A stretch of DNA of 15,462 nt from an archaeon. GTDB lineage: Archaea > Iainarchaeota > Iainarchaeia > Iainarchaeales > CSSED10-239. Each line of letters opens with the position of its first letter. The first letter of the stretch is position 1. The notes under the pieces are model-generated. The model searched no databases, was not told the origin of the DNA, and worked only from the letters and a program-made list of their open reading frames with translations. This document shows, piece by piece, positions 14,729 to 15,462 of the stretch. The stretch is from assembly GCA_037147375.1 (NCBI GenBank), contig JBAWVI010000009.1, positions 1 to 15,462 on the forward strand, read 5' to 3'. The position numbers were made by a program, and so were the translations under genes.

Positions 14729-14738
14729 AAGAAGAAAA

Positions 14739-15443
14739 TTACTTCTTCTTTCTTCCACTTCTGCTTGCTGCAATTGATCCAACCTTTCTTCCTGCAGGAT
14801 CATTTCTAGATGTTGACTTAGAGTGACCTACGTGGTGTTGAGATCCACCGAATGGGTGATCAACAGCATTCATTGCAACTCCTCTTACTCTTGGATAAGG
14901 CTTACCCTTAGCTTTCATTGCATAGAATCTATTTCCAGCAGTAACAAATGGCTTGTTTACTCTACCACTTGATGCTGTAAAACCTATTGTTGCACGAGCA
15001 TTTAATGGGAAAGATTTAATTTTTCCTGAAGGTAATTTAACAAGAACAGTATCTTTCTTTGATACAAGTATTGCGTATTGTCCACTTGCTCTTCCAAACT
15101 TTCCTCCATCTCCATAATTTTTTTCAATATTAAATATCTTTGTTCCTGGATCTATTTCTCCAAGGAATAAAACGTTTCCAACCTTTTGACTTGCTCCTCT
15201 TCCAAACTCAATCTTTTGTCCAGAAACTAACCCTTCTGCACAAATTAAATTTGTTTTTCTTCCATCTTCAAGAAGAATTTCAACAAGTGGGGCTGATCTT
15301 ATTGGGTCTGTATACATGTTAATAACTTGGCCAATAATCTTATCTGTAAATAATTCATAATTAACATCGCACTTAGAATGAATTGTTGCCTTGTATTTTG
15401 GAGAACCCTTTCCCCTTCTTTGTAATTTAAGTCTTCTTCCCAT
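14739..15443 (-). CDS. rpl2: 50S ribosomal protein uL2
   Basis: Contains GRASGQYA, RVRGVAMNAVDHPFGGSQHHVGHSKSTSRNDPAGRKVG. Confidence 0.97.
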   Translation of the reverse strand: MGRRLKLQRRGKGSPKYKATIHSKCDVNYELFTDKIIGQVINMYTDPIRSAPLVEILLEDGRKTNLICAEGLVSGQKIEFGRGASQKVGNVLFLGEIDPGTKIFNIEKNYGDGGKFGRASGQYAILVSKKDTVLVKLPSGKIKSFPLNARATIGFTASSGRVNKPFVTAGNRFYAMKAKGKPYPRVRGVAMNAVDHPFGGSQHHVGHSKSTSRNDPAGRKVGSIAASRSGRKKK

Positions 15444-15462
15444 ATTATATCAACTTTAATTT

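Noticed and set aside
1-15462. CRISPR arrays, transposases, integrases, toxin-antitoxin pairs or defence systems.
   Set aside because: None seen. After adding eL14, every gap between adjacent genes is 68 nt or shorter, and every ORF except 5307-5834 is a recognisable core translation, transcription or secretion gene.

Overview
The window is one continuous, very compact archaeal ribosomal-protein superoperon (S10-spc-alpha order), entirely on the minus strand. Gene order is uL2, uS19, uL22, uS3, uL29, aIF1/SUI1, RNase P Rpp29, uS17, uL14, uL24, eS4, uL5, uS14, uS8, uL6, eL32, eL19, uL18, uS5, uL30, [unknown 175-aa ORF], uL15, SecY, DUF106/Oxa1-type membrane protein, eL34, eL14, uS13, uS4, uS11, RNA polymerase subunit D. 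It ends with the 5' part of a tRNA-Leu(UAA) cut by the window edge. The eL/eS proteins, aIF1, Rpp29 and RpoD make it archaeal. The DNA is visibly very AT-rich (about 30% G+C by eye) and the proteins are Lys-rich. Spacers are mostly 6-32 nt, and four gene pairs overlap (three ATGA, one ATGCTTAA). Most starts have a GGTGAT/GGAGG-like Shine-Dalgarno. TAA, TAG and TGA all act as stops, so the genetic code looks standard. Several genes are miniaturised (eL14 52 aa, Rpp29 62-72 aa, uL15 124 aa), and adk and cmk are missing from their usual slots. This points to a reduced-genome lineage, DPANN-like, but that placement is inference only. I see no mobile elements, CRISPR arrays or defence genes; this is largely an ordinary core region. 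The main anomaly is the unrecognisable ORF at 5307-5834 between rpl30 and rpl15. Secondary points are an eL14 gene missed by the ORF track, a full two-cluster ferredoxin-like domain in RpoD, Lys/Glu-rich extensions on several r-proteins, a TTG start for uS3, and a structured spacer ahead of the tRNA. All plus-strand ORFs in the track are antisense shadows.
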